From an uncultured archaeon (GTDB taxonomy: Archaea > Iainarchaeota > Iainarchaeia > Iainarchaeales > Iainarchaeaceae), in contig CAZNZM010000008.1 in assembly GCA_964577555.1 (NCBI GenBank), forward strand, positions 18,495 to 50,494: a stretch of DNA of 32,000 nucleotides, given 5' to 3'. Within the stretch, counting starts at the first letter, position 1. Each line of letters opens with the position of its first letter. The notes beneath the pieces were generated by a model. That model made no database searches. It was not told where the DNA came from and saw only the letters and a program-made list of their open reading frames with translations. This document shows positions 1-9,039 of this stretch, one piece after another. A program made the translations under genes and the position numbers.

Positions 1-843
1 TTCTTGGGCTCTTCTGAGCCTATACTCTTCTACTTGTCCAGGCGCAACGAATTTTCCTATTTTGTCAAGAGCTTCCTTTTCACTCTTCACCATCAAATTT
101 TCAAGGTTTATAAGCACATCATTCTGTATTTCTTTTTGGTCAATAAACGCCTCTCTAATGCTTTGGCTGGATTTCAAACCCAACGCTTTCAACAAAACAA
201 AAAGCTTCAATTTTCTTGGCGATGAAGGAAAAGTTACAGTCAATATTCCGTCAGGCGCCCTCATTATTCTCACTCTTCCCTTGAAAGCACCTCTCGTACT
301 AATAACTTCCGCCACAGTCTTATCAGTTTGCTCCGAAACTATGACTCTGTCAGACGCAAGGACCTCTTGAGTCATGAGAGCTTTTTCCGAGCCATTGATG
401 ATAAAGTACCCGCCAAAATCCATTGGGTCTTCGCCCATCTCAATAAGCTCTTCATCAGTCTTGCCGTCAAGCCAGCACAACTTTGACTTTAACATTACGG
501 GCAATTCGCCTACATAAGTTTCTTTTCTGTCCTGCTCAACATCTCTTCTCAAAAGCTTCATAGTGAGATAAATAGGCGCGGAATAAGTTCTGTTTCTCAT
601 TCTTGCCTCCATTGGCAAAAACTTGTTTCTTGGGCTTCCATCAGCTTCCACAATTCTTGGCTTTTGTGTTACAATCTTTTCAAACTCAATCCTGACTTCC
701 TCTATTTTTGGAGTAACCTCGTTGTTTTCATGAATAATTTCAGGCAATTTCTTTTCAACAAATTGGTTAAAAGAATCTATTTCCATTTGGCTAATTTTTC
801 TATCCCTAAAATAAGCATCAATCAAACCCCAACCATCTATCAT
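1..843 (-). CDS. rpoB2: DNA-directed RNA polymerase subunit Rpo2 N-terminal part (Rpb2 N / B''), partial at left edge
   Basis: Manual reverse-strand translation gives MIDGWGLIDAYFRDRKISQMEIDSFNQFVEKKLPEII...MGEDPMDFGGYFIINGSEKALMTQE, a typical Rpb2 N-terminal signature. The ATG overlaps the stop of the upstream rpoH by 4 nt. Absent from the ORF track because it runs off the edge. Confidence 0.93.
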   Translation of the reverse strand, partial: MIDGWGLIDAYFRDRKISQMEIDSFNQFVEKKLPEIIHENNEVTPKIEEVRIEFEKIVTQKPRIVEADGSPRNKFLPMEARMRNRTYSAPIYLTMKLLRRDVEQDRKETYVGELPVMLKSKLCWLDGKTDEELIEMGEDPMDFGGYFIINGSEKALMTQEVLASDRVIVSEQTDKTVAEVISTRGAFKGRVRIMRAPDGILTVTFPSSPRKLKLFVLLKALGLKSSQSIREAFIDQKEIQNDVLINLENLMVKSEKEALDKIGKFVAPGQVEEYRLRRAQE

Positions 844-1097
844 TCAACCACCCTGAAATAGACAGATTTGCCGGCAGTAGGGCTGTTTCTCGTGATTTTA
901 ATAATGTCCCCTTTTTTGGCTCCTATTTCAACTATTGCAGGATCATCTTTCAAAATTCGCGGCAACTTTTCAATATTAGAACCATATTTAGCAAGCACTT
1001 CGCCAACCTTATTCTCTGGCACAATCTCATGCTTAGGAACCAGAAAATGCTGTGAAACCTTTTCCAATCCCAAGCCAACCAACCCCAAAAAAACCAA
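840..1097 (-). CDS. rpoH: DNA-directed RNA polymerase subunit H (Rpo5/Rpb5-like); the true start may be a TTG near 1067
   Basis: VSQHFLVPKHEIVPENKVGEVL...LPRILKDDPAIVEIGAKKGDIIKITRNSPTAGKSVYFRVV is characteristic of archaeal RpoH, located directly upstream of rpoB'' as usual. Confidence 0.95.
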   Translation of the reverse strand: MVFLGLVGLGLEKVSQHFLVPKHEIVPENKVGEVLAKYGSNIEKLPRILKDDPAIVEIGAKKGDIIKITRNSPTAGKSVYFRVVE

Positions 1098-1288
1098 CCC
1101 TTAAACCCAAATTTCTGGCTGCAAAATGCGGTTTAGGTGAAAAAACCCAAAAACCAAATGTAACAACCAGAAAGCGTGAATCCAAAACTACTATTAAATT
1201 AATAGAAAGGAATTTAAAGGTAACACAAAAAGCCAAATTTAATAATTTTGATTGTCTTAAATTTGTAGAAATGACTTTTTGCTATTAA

Positions 1289-1816
1289 TTGCACAAAAGA
1301 TTTGTTGGTTTTTTACCAGCTTTTTTTGTTTTGCAAGTCAAACGGTTTTTATTGTTTTTTTTTAGTTTTTTTGGAAAGTATTTTATTTTCTTAGCTGTTT
1401 TTTTTGTGTTTTTTTTTGTCAATTTTTTTTTGTTTTTTTTTTTTGGCGGGTTGTTTTTTTTGTGGTCTTTTTTTTTGTTATTTTTTTTTGAGCCGTTTTT
1501 TTTGTCTTTTTTTTTGTGTTTTTTTTTGTCAATTTTTTTTGTTTTTTCGAACCAAATTTTTTTGTTTTAAACTTTTTTGTTTTTTTTACCAAGTTTTTTC
1601 TTTGAGGTTTTATTTTTTTGTTTTTGACATTGTTTTTTTTGGCGAGCGTTTTTTTGTCAATTTTTTTGATTTATTTTATTTTTTGTTTTTGTTGGCTTGG
1701 TTTTTTTTGTTGAGCCAATGTTGTTTTTTTTGGAAATTGTTTTTTTCTTTTTGGTTTGGATTGTCTTTTTTGCGAGCCGTTTTTTTTAGTCGGTTTATTT
1801 TCTTGGTGCTTTGATT
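1289..1816. repeat. T-rich low-complexity island 1
   Basis: Long T runs broken by short G-containing words. The exact 33-nt unit tttttttgtgtt...gtcaatttttttt recurs at 1398-1430 and 1508-1540. Contains GCGAGC(C/G) words at 1642 and 1772. Confidence 0.85.
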
Positions 1817-1916
1817 TTTTAGCTGTTTGCGGCAACATTTTCAATTTGTTTCCGCCACAAGATACTTTTTTTTGTTATGCTACTCTTTTTTAAGTAGTTC
1901 GCTTGTGTTTTTTTTT

Positions 1917-2567
1917 ATGAAAGAAGAGAATATAAGCTTGACAATATTGTTGGCGAAAAAAGCCGGCTTTGGAAAGAAATTCATGTTTTCCACTTCAAGC
2001 CTTGCCGAGATTACGGGGTATTCCCAGCAATCAATTTCAAGAAAATTAAGGGAAATGGAAGCAGATGGAATCATTTCAAGAAAGCCCTCGCCTTCGGGAA
2101 TTGAAATCCTGTTTACCGAAAAAGGCAGAAAGGAATTGGAATCGTTGTATTTAGAGCTTTCCGATTTGTTTTCAATAAAAAAGAAAAAAGAGTTGCAAGG
2201 AAAGGTGATTGACGGACTTGGCGAAGGAAAATATTACACTCAAATACCTCAATATAAATCTCAATTCAAAGAACTTTTCGGTATTGACTTGTATCCAGGT
2301 ACTTTGAATCTTTCAGTAGACCCTGACGAAAGATCTGCATTCCTATCAACTACTCCATTAAAAGTGAATGGTTTTCAGGATAAAGACCGGACATTTGGCG
2401 GAATAGATTGCTGGCAAGTAAAACTCAATGGTTCGGAATATGCAGTCGCAATAATACCTCACAGAACAAATCACCCAAAAAATGTGATTGAAGTGGTTTC
2501 AAGCTTCAACCTCAGAAAAAAATTGAATTTGAAAAACAATTCTGTTGTAAAAATGGTGATGGCATGA
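1917..2567 (+). CDS. ribK: CTP-dependent riboflavin kinase with N-terminal winged-HTH domain (start trimmed from 1827)
   Basis: N-terminal MarR/Lrp-like HTH (AEITGYSQQSISRKLREMEADGII), then GLGEGKYYTQIPQYKSQFKELFGIDLYPGTLNLSV and CWQVKLNGSEYAVAIIPHRTNHPKNVIEVVS, typical of archaeal RibK. Confidence 0.93.
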   Translation: MKEENISLTILLAKKAGFGKKFMFSTSSLAEITGYSQQSISRKLREMEADGIISRKPSPSGIEILFTEKGRKELESLYLELSDLFSIKKKKELQGKVIDGLGEGKYYTQIPQYKSQFKELFGIDLYPGTLNLSVDPDERSAFLSTTPLKVNGFQDKDRTFGGIDCWQVKLNGSEYAVAIIPHRTNHPKNVIEVVSSFNLRKKLNLKNNSVVKMVMA

Positions 2568-3070
2568 AAAACAAAAAAAACTCAAAACCAATAAAAATAG
2601 CTGTTGTGGACACAATGTTCAGTCGAGGCGACATGGCGCCAGTTGCAATAAACACGATGGAGGCAATGGCCAAAGAAAACAATTGGAAAATAGAAATTGT
2701 CAGAAAAACTGTGCCAGGCGTGAAAGATATTCCTGTGGCAATGCTCAATTTGCTTGAAAAAGGATGCGACGCAGGAATATGTTTCGGCATGCCAGGGAGC
2801 GAACCAATAGACAAAACATGTTCCCACGAAGCATCGTTAGGCATACAACAAGTTCAATTAATGACAAGAAAAACGGTTCTTGAAGTATTTGTGCATGAAG
2901 ATGAAGCAAGCAACGGCGAAGAACTCGGCAGGCTGATGTACAACCGCTCCGAAAAGCATGCAAAAAATCTCATGTGGATGATTTTCAAGCCAGAAGAACT
3001 TTTAAAAAGAGCCGGTACTGGAGAAAGGCAAGGAAGAGAAAACGCTTGGACAGTAGATGTCAAACCATGA
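2564..3070 (+). CDS. ribC: Archaeal riboflavin synthase
   Basis: KIAVVDTMFSRGDMAPVAI...VRKTVPGVKDIPVAMLNLLEKGCDAGICFGMPG; 4-nt overlap with the upstream ribK ORF. Confidence 0.93.
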   Translation: MKNKKNSKPIKIAVVDTMFSRGDMAPVAINTMEAMAKENNWKIEIVRKTVPGVKDIPVAMLNLLEKGCDAGICFGMPGSEPIDKTCSHEASLGIQQVQLMTRKTVLEVFVHEDEASNGEELGRLMYNRSEKHAKNLMWMIFKPEELLKRAGTGERQGRENAWTVDVKP

Positions 3071-3079
3071 TTTACCCAG

Positions 3080-3493
3080 GTGCCAAAAATGAAAGTCATG
3101 AAAATAGGAATTGTTATTGCGGATTTTTATCCAGAAATAGCCAGTGAAATGCTTTCCGAAGCACAAAACGCAGCCAAAGAAAAAGGCATAAAAGTAGTTG
3201 CAGTTTCAAAAGTGGTTGGCGCATTTGACATTCCTATTGCGCTAAAAAGAATTCTTGAACGGAGAGATGTAAATGCAGCAGTAGTTCTGGGAGCGGTTGT
3301 GCAGGGCGAAACATCACATGACGAAGTAGTCGCATATACTTCTGCTGAAAAAATATTGTCTCTATCGCTTCAATACAACAAACCAGTTGGCTACGGCGTT
3401 TCAGGTCCAAGAATGACGATTGCACAAGCAAAAGCAAGAGCCAAAGAGTTTGCAAGAAGAGCCGTTGAAGCAATTTTTATCAGGCAATCCTAA
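3080..3493 (+). CDS. ribH: 6,7-dimethyl-8-ribityllumazine synthase
   Basis: KIGIVIADFYPEIASEM...VPG-type GAFDIPIALKRIL, VVLGAVVQGETSHDEVVAY, PVGYGVSGPRMTIAQA; adjacent to ribK and ribC. Confidence 0.93.
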   Translation: MPKMKVMKIGIVIADFYPEIASEMLSEAQNAAKEKGIKVVAVSKVVGAFDIPIALKRILERRDVNAAVVLGAVVQGETSHDEVVAYTSAEKILSLSLQYNKPVGYGVSGPRMTIAQAKARAKEFARRAVEAIFIRQS

Positions 3494-3495
3494 AA

Positions 3496-3972
3496 CTATT
3501 TGCTTTTTCTTGGCTTAACTTTATATCTATTTTCTTTAAAGTCATACTCTAAAGTCGGCAAATCCCAAAAATAAAGCCCGTTTTCAGGATCAAAAACCCT
3601 TCTTTCAACTATTAGCACTTCATTTTCATTTTCTTTAAAGTAGCAAGTCTCCCTTAATATCAATTCCATAACCTTATTTCTTATTTTGATTTTTTGAATA
3701 GACCAGACTTCTTGAGTAAAAACTTTGCCAGCAAATCTCTTTTCAGGCATGACAAAAGCATAATGCGGGTCAAGAGGACTTGCCAGTGATGGATCTTTTT
3801 CTTTCCACCAACCCATACTTTGCATGGTTGCAGGCGCCGATTCGGATTTCAAAATTTTAAGAATTCTATTCGGTACTTTTTCTCCTGGAAAAGCAATTAA
3901 TCTTCTTAAAAAAACAACAACTCTGTGCTTGGCCGTTTTAATAAAAGATTTGAATTTTGGAAATGGCCTCAT
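3496..3972 (-). CDS. Hypothetical protein; ORF extends to 4185 but a start near 3972 avoids overlap with the divergent gene
   Basis: Open frame in the track; convergent with ribH and divergent from the glycosylase gene. No recognised motif. Confidence 0.55.
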   Translation of the reverse strand: MRPFPKFKSFIKTAKHRVVVFLRRLIAFPGEKVPNRILKILKSESAPATMQSMGWWKEKDPSLASPLDPHYAFVMPEKRFAGKVFTQEVWSIQKIKIRNKVMELILRETCYFKENENEVLIVERRVFDPENGLYFWDLPTLEYDFKENRYKVKPRKSK

Positions 3973-4012
3973 AATTAAATAATCTTTTACACTAAACTTG
4001 TTTTTAGTATTT

Positions 4013-4645
4013 ATGTCGCAAAATTTGTTGTCAAAAATTTCAGAAATTAAAAAAAGTCCGGTGTCAATTGAAATAATGGAAAGATACCGCCAATTCAAAT
4101 CTTTTTCCTCAAAAAATGAAGAGGATTGGTTTTCCGAACTTTGTTTTTGCATTACCACTGCAAATTCCAGCGCAGAAACAGGCATAAAAATACAAAATGC
4201 CTTGGGCTTTGAAGGATTTTATTATTTGCCACAACAAGACTTGGCTAAAAAATTGAAATTATTAGGATACCGGTTTTACAACAAGCGAGCACAATACATT
4301 TGTGAAGCCAGAAAACATTTCGGAATCAAGAAAAAACTTTCAAATTTCAAATCAGACAGGGAAAAAAGATTTTATCTTGTTGAAAATGTAAAAGGTTTTT
4401 CATTCAAAGAAGCATCGCATTTCCTTCGCAACACAGGACATGACAATTGCGCAATCCTTGACAGGCACATACTCCGCATAATGTACGAAAACGGTTTTAT
4501 TCTGGAAGTGCCTAAATATTTGCCGCCAAAAAAATACTTGGAATATGAAAAAATACTTGACTCTTTTTCAGAAATGGCTGGCCTGAATCATTCCTTGCTG
4601 GACCTTTACCTTTGGTTCATGCGCACTGGAAAAATATTAAAATAA
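4013..4645 (+). CDS. N-glycosylase/DNA lyase, archaeal OGG family (HhH-GPD); ORF starts at 3998
   Basis: ELCFCITTANSSAETGIKIQNAL, YRFYNKRAQYICEAR, VKGFSFKEASHFLRNTGHDNCAILDRHILR and C-terminal LLDLYLWFMRTGKILK. Confidence 0.88.
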   Translation: MSQNLLSKISEIKKSPVSIEIMERYRQFKSFSSKNEEDWFSELCFCITTANSSAETGIKIQNALGFEGFYYLPQQDLAKKLKLLGYRFYNKRAQYICEARKHFGIKKKLSNFKSDREKRFYLVENVKGFSFKEASHFLRNTGHDNCAILDRHILRIMYENGFILEVPKYLPPKKYLEYEKILDSFSEMAGLNHSLLDLYLWFMRTGKILK

Positions 4646-4677
4646 TCCAAAGAGAATTTGAATACATCTAATAATAT

Positions 4678-5403
4678 TCAAAGACCTTTCATTTTACGCA
4701 TTTTCAAGAAATGATTCCAAGCCGCTTCCAAATCACTTTCAACCACGTCCGGCCAATATTTTTTTATGTGATAATATTCAGAGTATGCGCTTTGCCACAA
4801 AAGAAAACCGCTTTTTGCTTCTCTTTCAGCTTCTTCTTCGCCAGTCCTTATTATCAAATCACAACTGGATTGCACTCCCAAGTGCCTTATGACATCTTTT
4901 TCAGTCAATCCGAAAAACAAATTTTTTATTCTGTTCATCGGCGAACTGACGCTTCTAAGTATTTCCGATTGTCCAGTATAACCTATTAGTATGTTCAATA
5001 CTTTGTTTCCGTAATATTTTGTTTCGGTTTTGAGTTGTTTGCAAACTTCGATTATGTTTGACGGAATTTTGTCTTCCCGTGTTGAAACAACATTTACTTT
5101 AACTTTATTGTCGTGCAATTCTTTTGATTTCAAGAGTTTTTGAAGTTTTATATAATAAATTTCATAAAGGTTTGAAAGTTCCCTTTCGTTTCTTTTGAAG
5201 TTTTCCTCGCTCAAAGCATAAATGCTGCATTCCCCTATTTCCTTTTTTTCCATTGCCCAATCCACTAGTTTTTCAATTGTTTCCGCGCCTTTTTTATGCC
5301 CTTCCATAGGATCCAAACCGTGTTCCAATGCCCATCTCCTGTTGCCGTCAGGAATTATGCCAACATGATACAAGCCATTGTACATATCTAAAAAACACTT
5401 CAT
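4678..5403 (-). CDS. uppS: cis-prenyltransferase (polyprenyl diphosphate synthase, UppS family)
   Basis: HVGIIPDGNRRWALEHGLDPMEGHKKGAE, YALSEENFKRNERE, LIIRTGEEEAE...SGFLLWQSAYSEYY. Confidence 0.93.
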   Translation of the reverse strand: MKCFLDMYNGLYHVGIIPDGNRRWALEHGLDPMEGHKKGAETIEKLVDWAMEKKEIGECSIYALSEENFKRNERELSNLYEIYYIKLQKLLKSKELHDNKVKVNVVSTREDKIPSNIIEVCKQLKTETKYYGNKVLNILIGYTGQSEILRSVSSPMNRIKNLFFGLTEKDVIRHLGVQSSCDLIIRTGEEEAEREAKSGFLLWQSAYSEYYHIKKYWPDVVESDLEAAWNHFLKMRKMKGL

Positions 5404-5508
5404 AATAATATATAAATCAAATCTTTTTAGCAGTGTTGAAAATTTTTTGTTTGTTGTAAAATCGTGTTTTTTTTAGAAGTTCATCTGTTTTTTGTCCTTA
5501 TAAATTCC

Positions 5509-6684
5509 TTACCAACCATAATGTTCTGCTTTGCTATAACCAAGAGATTTCATTGCGGCTATAAATCCTTTCAAGAATATTGTCGGCTTTTTTGAGAAAA
5601 CTTTGAGCCCGAATTTCATTTTTTCAAAATAATTGAAGTTGTCAAATGTGTCAGGCAAAGAATTTCCTATTATATTTAATTCTTCATCTGTAAAACCATA
5701 TAATGCGTTTTTTCCTTTTATTATTTTTGAATACTCGGGAAATTCAGCTTTCCAGAGTTTTTCGTATTTTGAAAAAGTTTCTTTTGAAAAATCGTTTTTG
5801 TCAATCGCTTCTTTTGCAACTTCCGCGGCAAATTGTCCGCTCTTCAAGCCCAAATGCGAACCACCTTCAAACAATGGCGAAGTAAAACCCGCAGCGTCTC
5901 CAACTAACATCAAGCCTTCATCATAAGTGTTTTTAACAGGCCCAGAAGCAGGAATCAAGCCTCCAAAAACCTTGATTCTTTCCTTGTCTTTCCATCCTTT
6001 TTTTTCTATGAACACCTCGTTATATGCTTTTGCTTTGTTTTTGTCAGTAGTAACCAATCCAACATTTGCGCGCATATCTTTTTTTGGTATCATCCACAAA
6101 TAGCCATGAGGCGCCAATTTAGGCCAAATATAAAAATCTATGTAATTGTCTCTTTCAATTCCTTTAAGTTCATATTGTATGCCTATTACTGATTCAAACC
6201 TGTTATTTAACCCTATTTTTCTTGAAACAACACTTGCAACCCCTGAAGCATCAACCACTATTTTTGCTTTGAAAATACCTTTGTTTGTTTCGACTTCCCA
6301 AATTCCTTTTTCTTTTTTTATATTATCCATTCTCGTCGAAAGCCTTAGTTCGGCTCCACTCTTTACTGCTTCTCCTGAAAGCCATTGTTCAAAAAGATGC
6401 TTTTCAAGAACAAAACCCTTTTCGTTGAGTATGGTGCCCTTTCCATTAGGCCAAATAATCCTTATGCCATCTACATGAGACGAGATAACTTCTTCAGGAA
6501 TTTTTATGTTTGTATTAGTAGTGGCAAGCAGTGAAAGACATTCACCACAATGCACTGGCTCGCCTACTTTGTCATGTTCTTCAATAATTATAACCTTCAA
6601 ACCATTCCTTGCACAATGCAATGCAGCCGAGCCTCCAGCAGGACCAGCCCCTATTACTAAAACGTCATAAATTTTTTCTTCCAT
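5509..6684 (-). CDS. Geranylgeranyl reductase family FAD-dependent oxidoreductase (digeranylgeranylglycerophospholipid reductase-like)
   Basis: YDVLVIGAGPAGGSAALHCARNGLKVIIIEEHDKVGEPVHCGECL, VVDASGVASVVSRKIG, GLMLVGDAAGFTSPLFEGG. Confidence 0.92.
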   Translation of the reverse strand: MEEKIYDVLVIGAGPAGGSAALHCARNGLKVIIIEEHDKVGEPVHCGECLSLLATTNTNIKIPEEVISSHVDGIRIIWPNGKGTILNEKGFVLEKHLFEQWLSGEAVKSGAELRLSTRMDNIKKEKGIWEVETNKGIFKAKIVVDASGVASVVSRKIGLNNRFESVIGIQYELKGIERDNYIDFYIWPKLAPHGYLWMIPKKDMRANVGLVTTDKNKAKAYNEVFIEKKGWKDKERIKVFGGLIPASGPVKNTYDEGLMLVGDAAGFTSPLFEGGSHLGLKSGQFAAEVAKEAIDKNDFSKETFSKYEKLWKAEFPEYSKIIKGKNALYGFTDEELNIIGNSLPDTFDNFNYFEKMKFGLKVFSKKPTIFLKGFIAAMKSLGYSKAEHYGW

Positions 6685-6866
6685 ATAAAACACTTTTTGT
6701 ATTTTTATTTAAAACCAATTAATAGTGGTTATAAATTTAAATGTCATGTTAATTTAGTTGCTGTTTGCGAATAAACTGTTAAAAATTTTTGTTGCATTTG
6801 TCAATACTTTTTCCAATTTTTTTAGTTCGGATATTTAAACAGTAACTCAATTATTTTATTTGATTT

Positions 6867-7784
6867 ATGAGAATAAGATTTCCAAGGTTCAGGGACATAA
6901 GGTCAAAACTTTATTCTGCAAAACTTTTAGGCAACGTCGTAAAAAACTCTTTAATGTTCAAGATTAGACGTGGCACAATGCCAAGATTCAGGTCAAAAGA
7001 ATTTGACACTTTAATAGTTGATATGGACGGAACCCTTTACAGAACCGACGCCAACCTTGAAGCATTGGTTTTAGCATATCCAGAAAAGCTTGAAACAGGC
7101 AAGACTGCAGGAGAAGAAATTTTTGATTCCATAATTTCAAAGATAGCATCAGGAGAATACAGCATTGAAAAAGCAATTCTGGAAGGCAACAAATTTCTCA
7201 TGGCTCGAAAAATAAAAAAACAAGACTTTCATAAGATTGTTGATATAATAAAGCCAACGCTGAGAAAATCTCTTATAAAAGCGCTTGGAGACATTAAAGC
7301 AGAAGGCAAAACCATAATACTTGCAACGCTTTCGTCAAAAGACTTCGGCGAAATGGTAAATTCTTACCTAAAACTCAAGTACAATTTTGAGTTTGACATT
7401 GTTGTAGGAACAGAATTAAGATTTGAAGAAGACGGCTCTATATCAGGAATAAAATCTATTGTCGGCACGAAAGATTTCACATTTGAAGGAATACCAGTAA
7501 AATCAAAACTTTCAGCAGTTAAAGAAGCCATTTCCATTGCAGGAAAGCAATTTAATCCTAAAAGAACTGTCCTGATTACAGACGGCTATGGCGACATTGA
7601 TATAGCCAAATCATTAGTAACCATATTGATAAAACAGCATAATCCAAGCACTGCACAGAAAATATCTTATCGCTTGGGACTTGCAGATTACATTCTTCCA
7701 GACAATCGCGACCTAATAATTAATCTAAAATCAATAGTGCTAGGCGCAGAACTAAAAGAACCGGAAGCCAACCAAAACACTTGA
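6867..7784 (+). CDS. HAD-superfamily hydrolase
   Basis: FDTLIVDMDGTLYRTD (motif I), TIILATLSSKDF (motif II), GTKDFTFEG...KRTVLITDGYGDIDIAKS (motif III/IV-like). Confidence 0.85.
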   Translation: MRIRFPRFRDIRSKLYSAKLLGNVVKNSLMFKIRRGTMPRFRSKEFDTLIVDMDGTLYRTDANLEALVLAYPEKLETGKTAGEEIFDSIISKIASGEYSIEKAILEGNKFLMARKIKKQDFHKIVDIIKPTLRKSLIKALGDIKAEGKTIILATLSSKDFGEMVNSYLKLKYNFEFDIVVGTELRFEEDGSISGIKSIVGTKDFTFEGIPVKSKLSAVKEAISIAGKQFNPKRTVLITDGYGDIDIAKSLVTILIKQHNPSTAQKISYRLGLADYILPDNRDLIINLKSIVLGAELKEPEANQNT

Positions 7785-7945
7785 TGCCATGCTTTGCATT
7801 TTTTTGTTTTAGAAATTCAATTTTTTATTTTTTTTAATTTGAATTGTTATTTTTTGCCATTTTCAAAATCATTTTTTTTATATTAAATTCCGTTTTTAAA
7901 TTTTTTAAAACTTTGATTATTTTCCGATTTTATTTTTTCAAATTT

Positions 7946-8947
7946 TCATATTTTAATTTTTTTGACTTCCACTTTTGCTTCTTCAAGCAATTCCAACGCC
8001 TCTTTTCCAAGCGGATAATCATAATTGTAAATAACACGCTTTATTCCGGCATTAATTATCATTTTACTGCAAGTTAAACAAGGGCTGTAAGTAGTATAAA
8101 TGTCAGAGTCTTTTGTTGAAATCCCGTGATACGCTGCTTGAACTATTGCGTTTTCCTCTGCATGAGAGCATCTGCATTCATCAAGTTTCGTGCCTTCTTT
8201 TGCAAATGAATTACACCTTAAACACCCGCCTTCGTTGCAATTTCTTACTCTTCGAGGAGTTCCATTATAACCTGTTGAAATAATCCTTTTTTCCCTCACT
8301 ATAACAGCCCCAATTTTTCTCTTTATGCAATTACTCCTTGTTGCTATCTCTTTTGCAATATTCATAAAATACTCGTCCCAATCAGGCCTTTTAAAATCAA
8401 CAGGCGTTTGAAGCAATACAGAATCAATTTTTTGGAATAATTCGGCAAGCGAACCATTGTTTTCAATTGTATGTCCAGCCATTGCAGCACAAACATCCAA
8501 TTGCTGACTACTGCTTTCCCCAGAAGAACTTTCAAATCTTTCCATTTTTCTAAATTCCTCAATGGTTTTAGGGTCACCTTCCCTATTTCTTTTCAATATT
8601 CTTTCAAACCTTGTTTTTTCATCAGAAATAATATTCCAAAGGTGAAAATTTCCGATTTTTTGCAATTCTTTTATTTCCTCTGGGTTGCGCAAAGAATCAA
8701 TTACATAATTTTTGTCTTTGGACATTTTGCCTACAATTCTTTTTGACAGATACCCGTTGCCATATTTTTTTCTCAATTCATTGCCTTTAGAAATCAAATT
8801 TTCCCTTGTAACAGGCAATTTTTCTTCAGCAAGAATTTCCCTGAGTTCATCAGAAAGAGAAAGATACCCAAAACTCTTTGATTTAAGGTATTCGCAAGCA
8901 GTTGTCTTGCCGGCACAATATTTTCCAGTAACTCCAATAACTATCAT
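7946..8947 (-). CDS. Fusion protein: N-terminal P-loop (d)NMP-kinase/dephospho-CoA-kinase-like domain plus C-terminal zinc-dependent deoxycytidylate deaminase (start trimmed from 9019)
   Basis: Walker A-like GVTGKYCAGKTT near the N-terminus; C-terminal WDEYFMNIAKEIATRSNC, KRKIGAVIV, STGYNGTP, CSHAEENAIVQAA and YTTYSPCLTCSKMIINAGIKRVIY (HAE...PCxxC zinc site). Confidence 0.9.
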   Translation of the reverse strand: MIVIGVTGKYCAGKTTACEYLKSKSFGYLSLSDELREILAEEKLPVTRENLISKGNELRKKYGNGYLSKRIVGKMSKDKNYVIDSLRNPEEIKELQKIGNFHLWNIISDEKTRFERILKRNREGDPKTIEEFRKMERFESSSGESSSQQLDVCAAMAGHTIENNGSLAELFQKIDSVLLQTPVDFKRPDWDEYFMNIAKEIATRSNCIKRKIGAVIVREKRIISTGYNGTPRRVRNCNEGGCLRCNSFAKEGTKLDECRCSHAEENAIVQAAYHGISTKDSDIYTTYSPCLTCSKMIINAGIKRVIYNYDYPLGKEALELLEEAKVEVKKIKI

Positions 8948-9039
8948 TGTTGAAAAAAATTCTTCGGACAAGGGTTTATAAAATGTAGCAAAAAAAAATT
9001 CTATTTCAAACCAATCCAACTAAAATAAAATTCCTAAAG

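Noticed and set aside
1289-1814. Two + strand ORFs almost entirely Phe/Leu/Cys (1289..1570 and 1404..1814)
   Set aside because: These are a by-product of T homopolymers; low-complexity, overlapping frames with no domain signal.
2582-3099. Opposite-strand ORFs over ribC and ribH (2512..2844, 2582..2827, 2745..2963, 2854..3099, 3234..3473)
   Set aside because: Shadow ORFs antisense to well-supported riboflavin genes.
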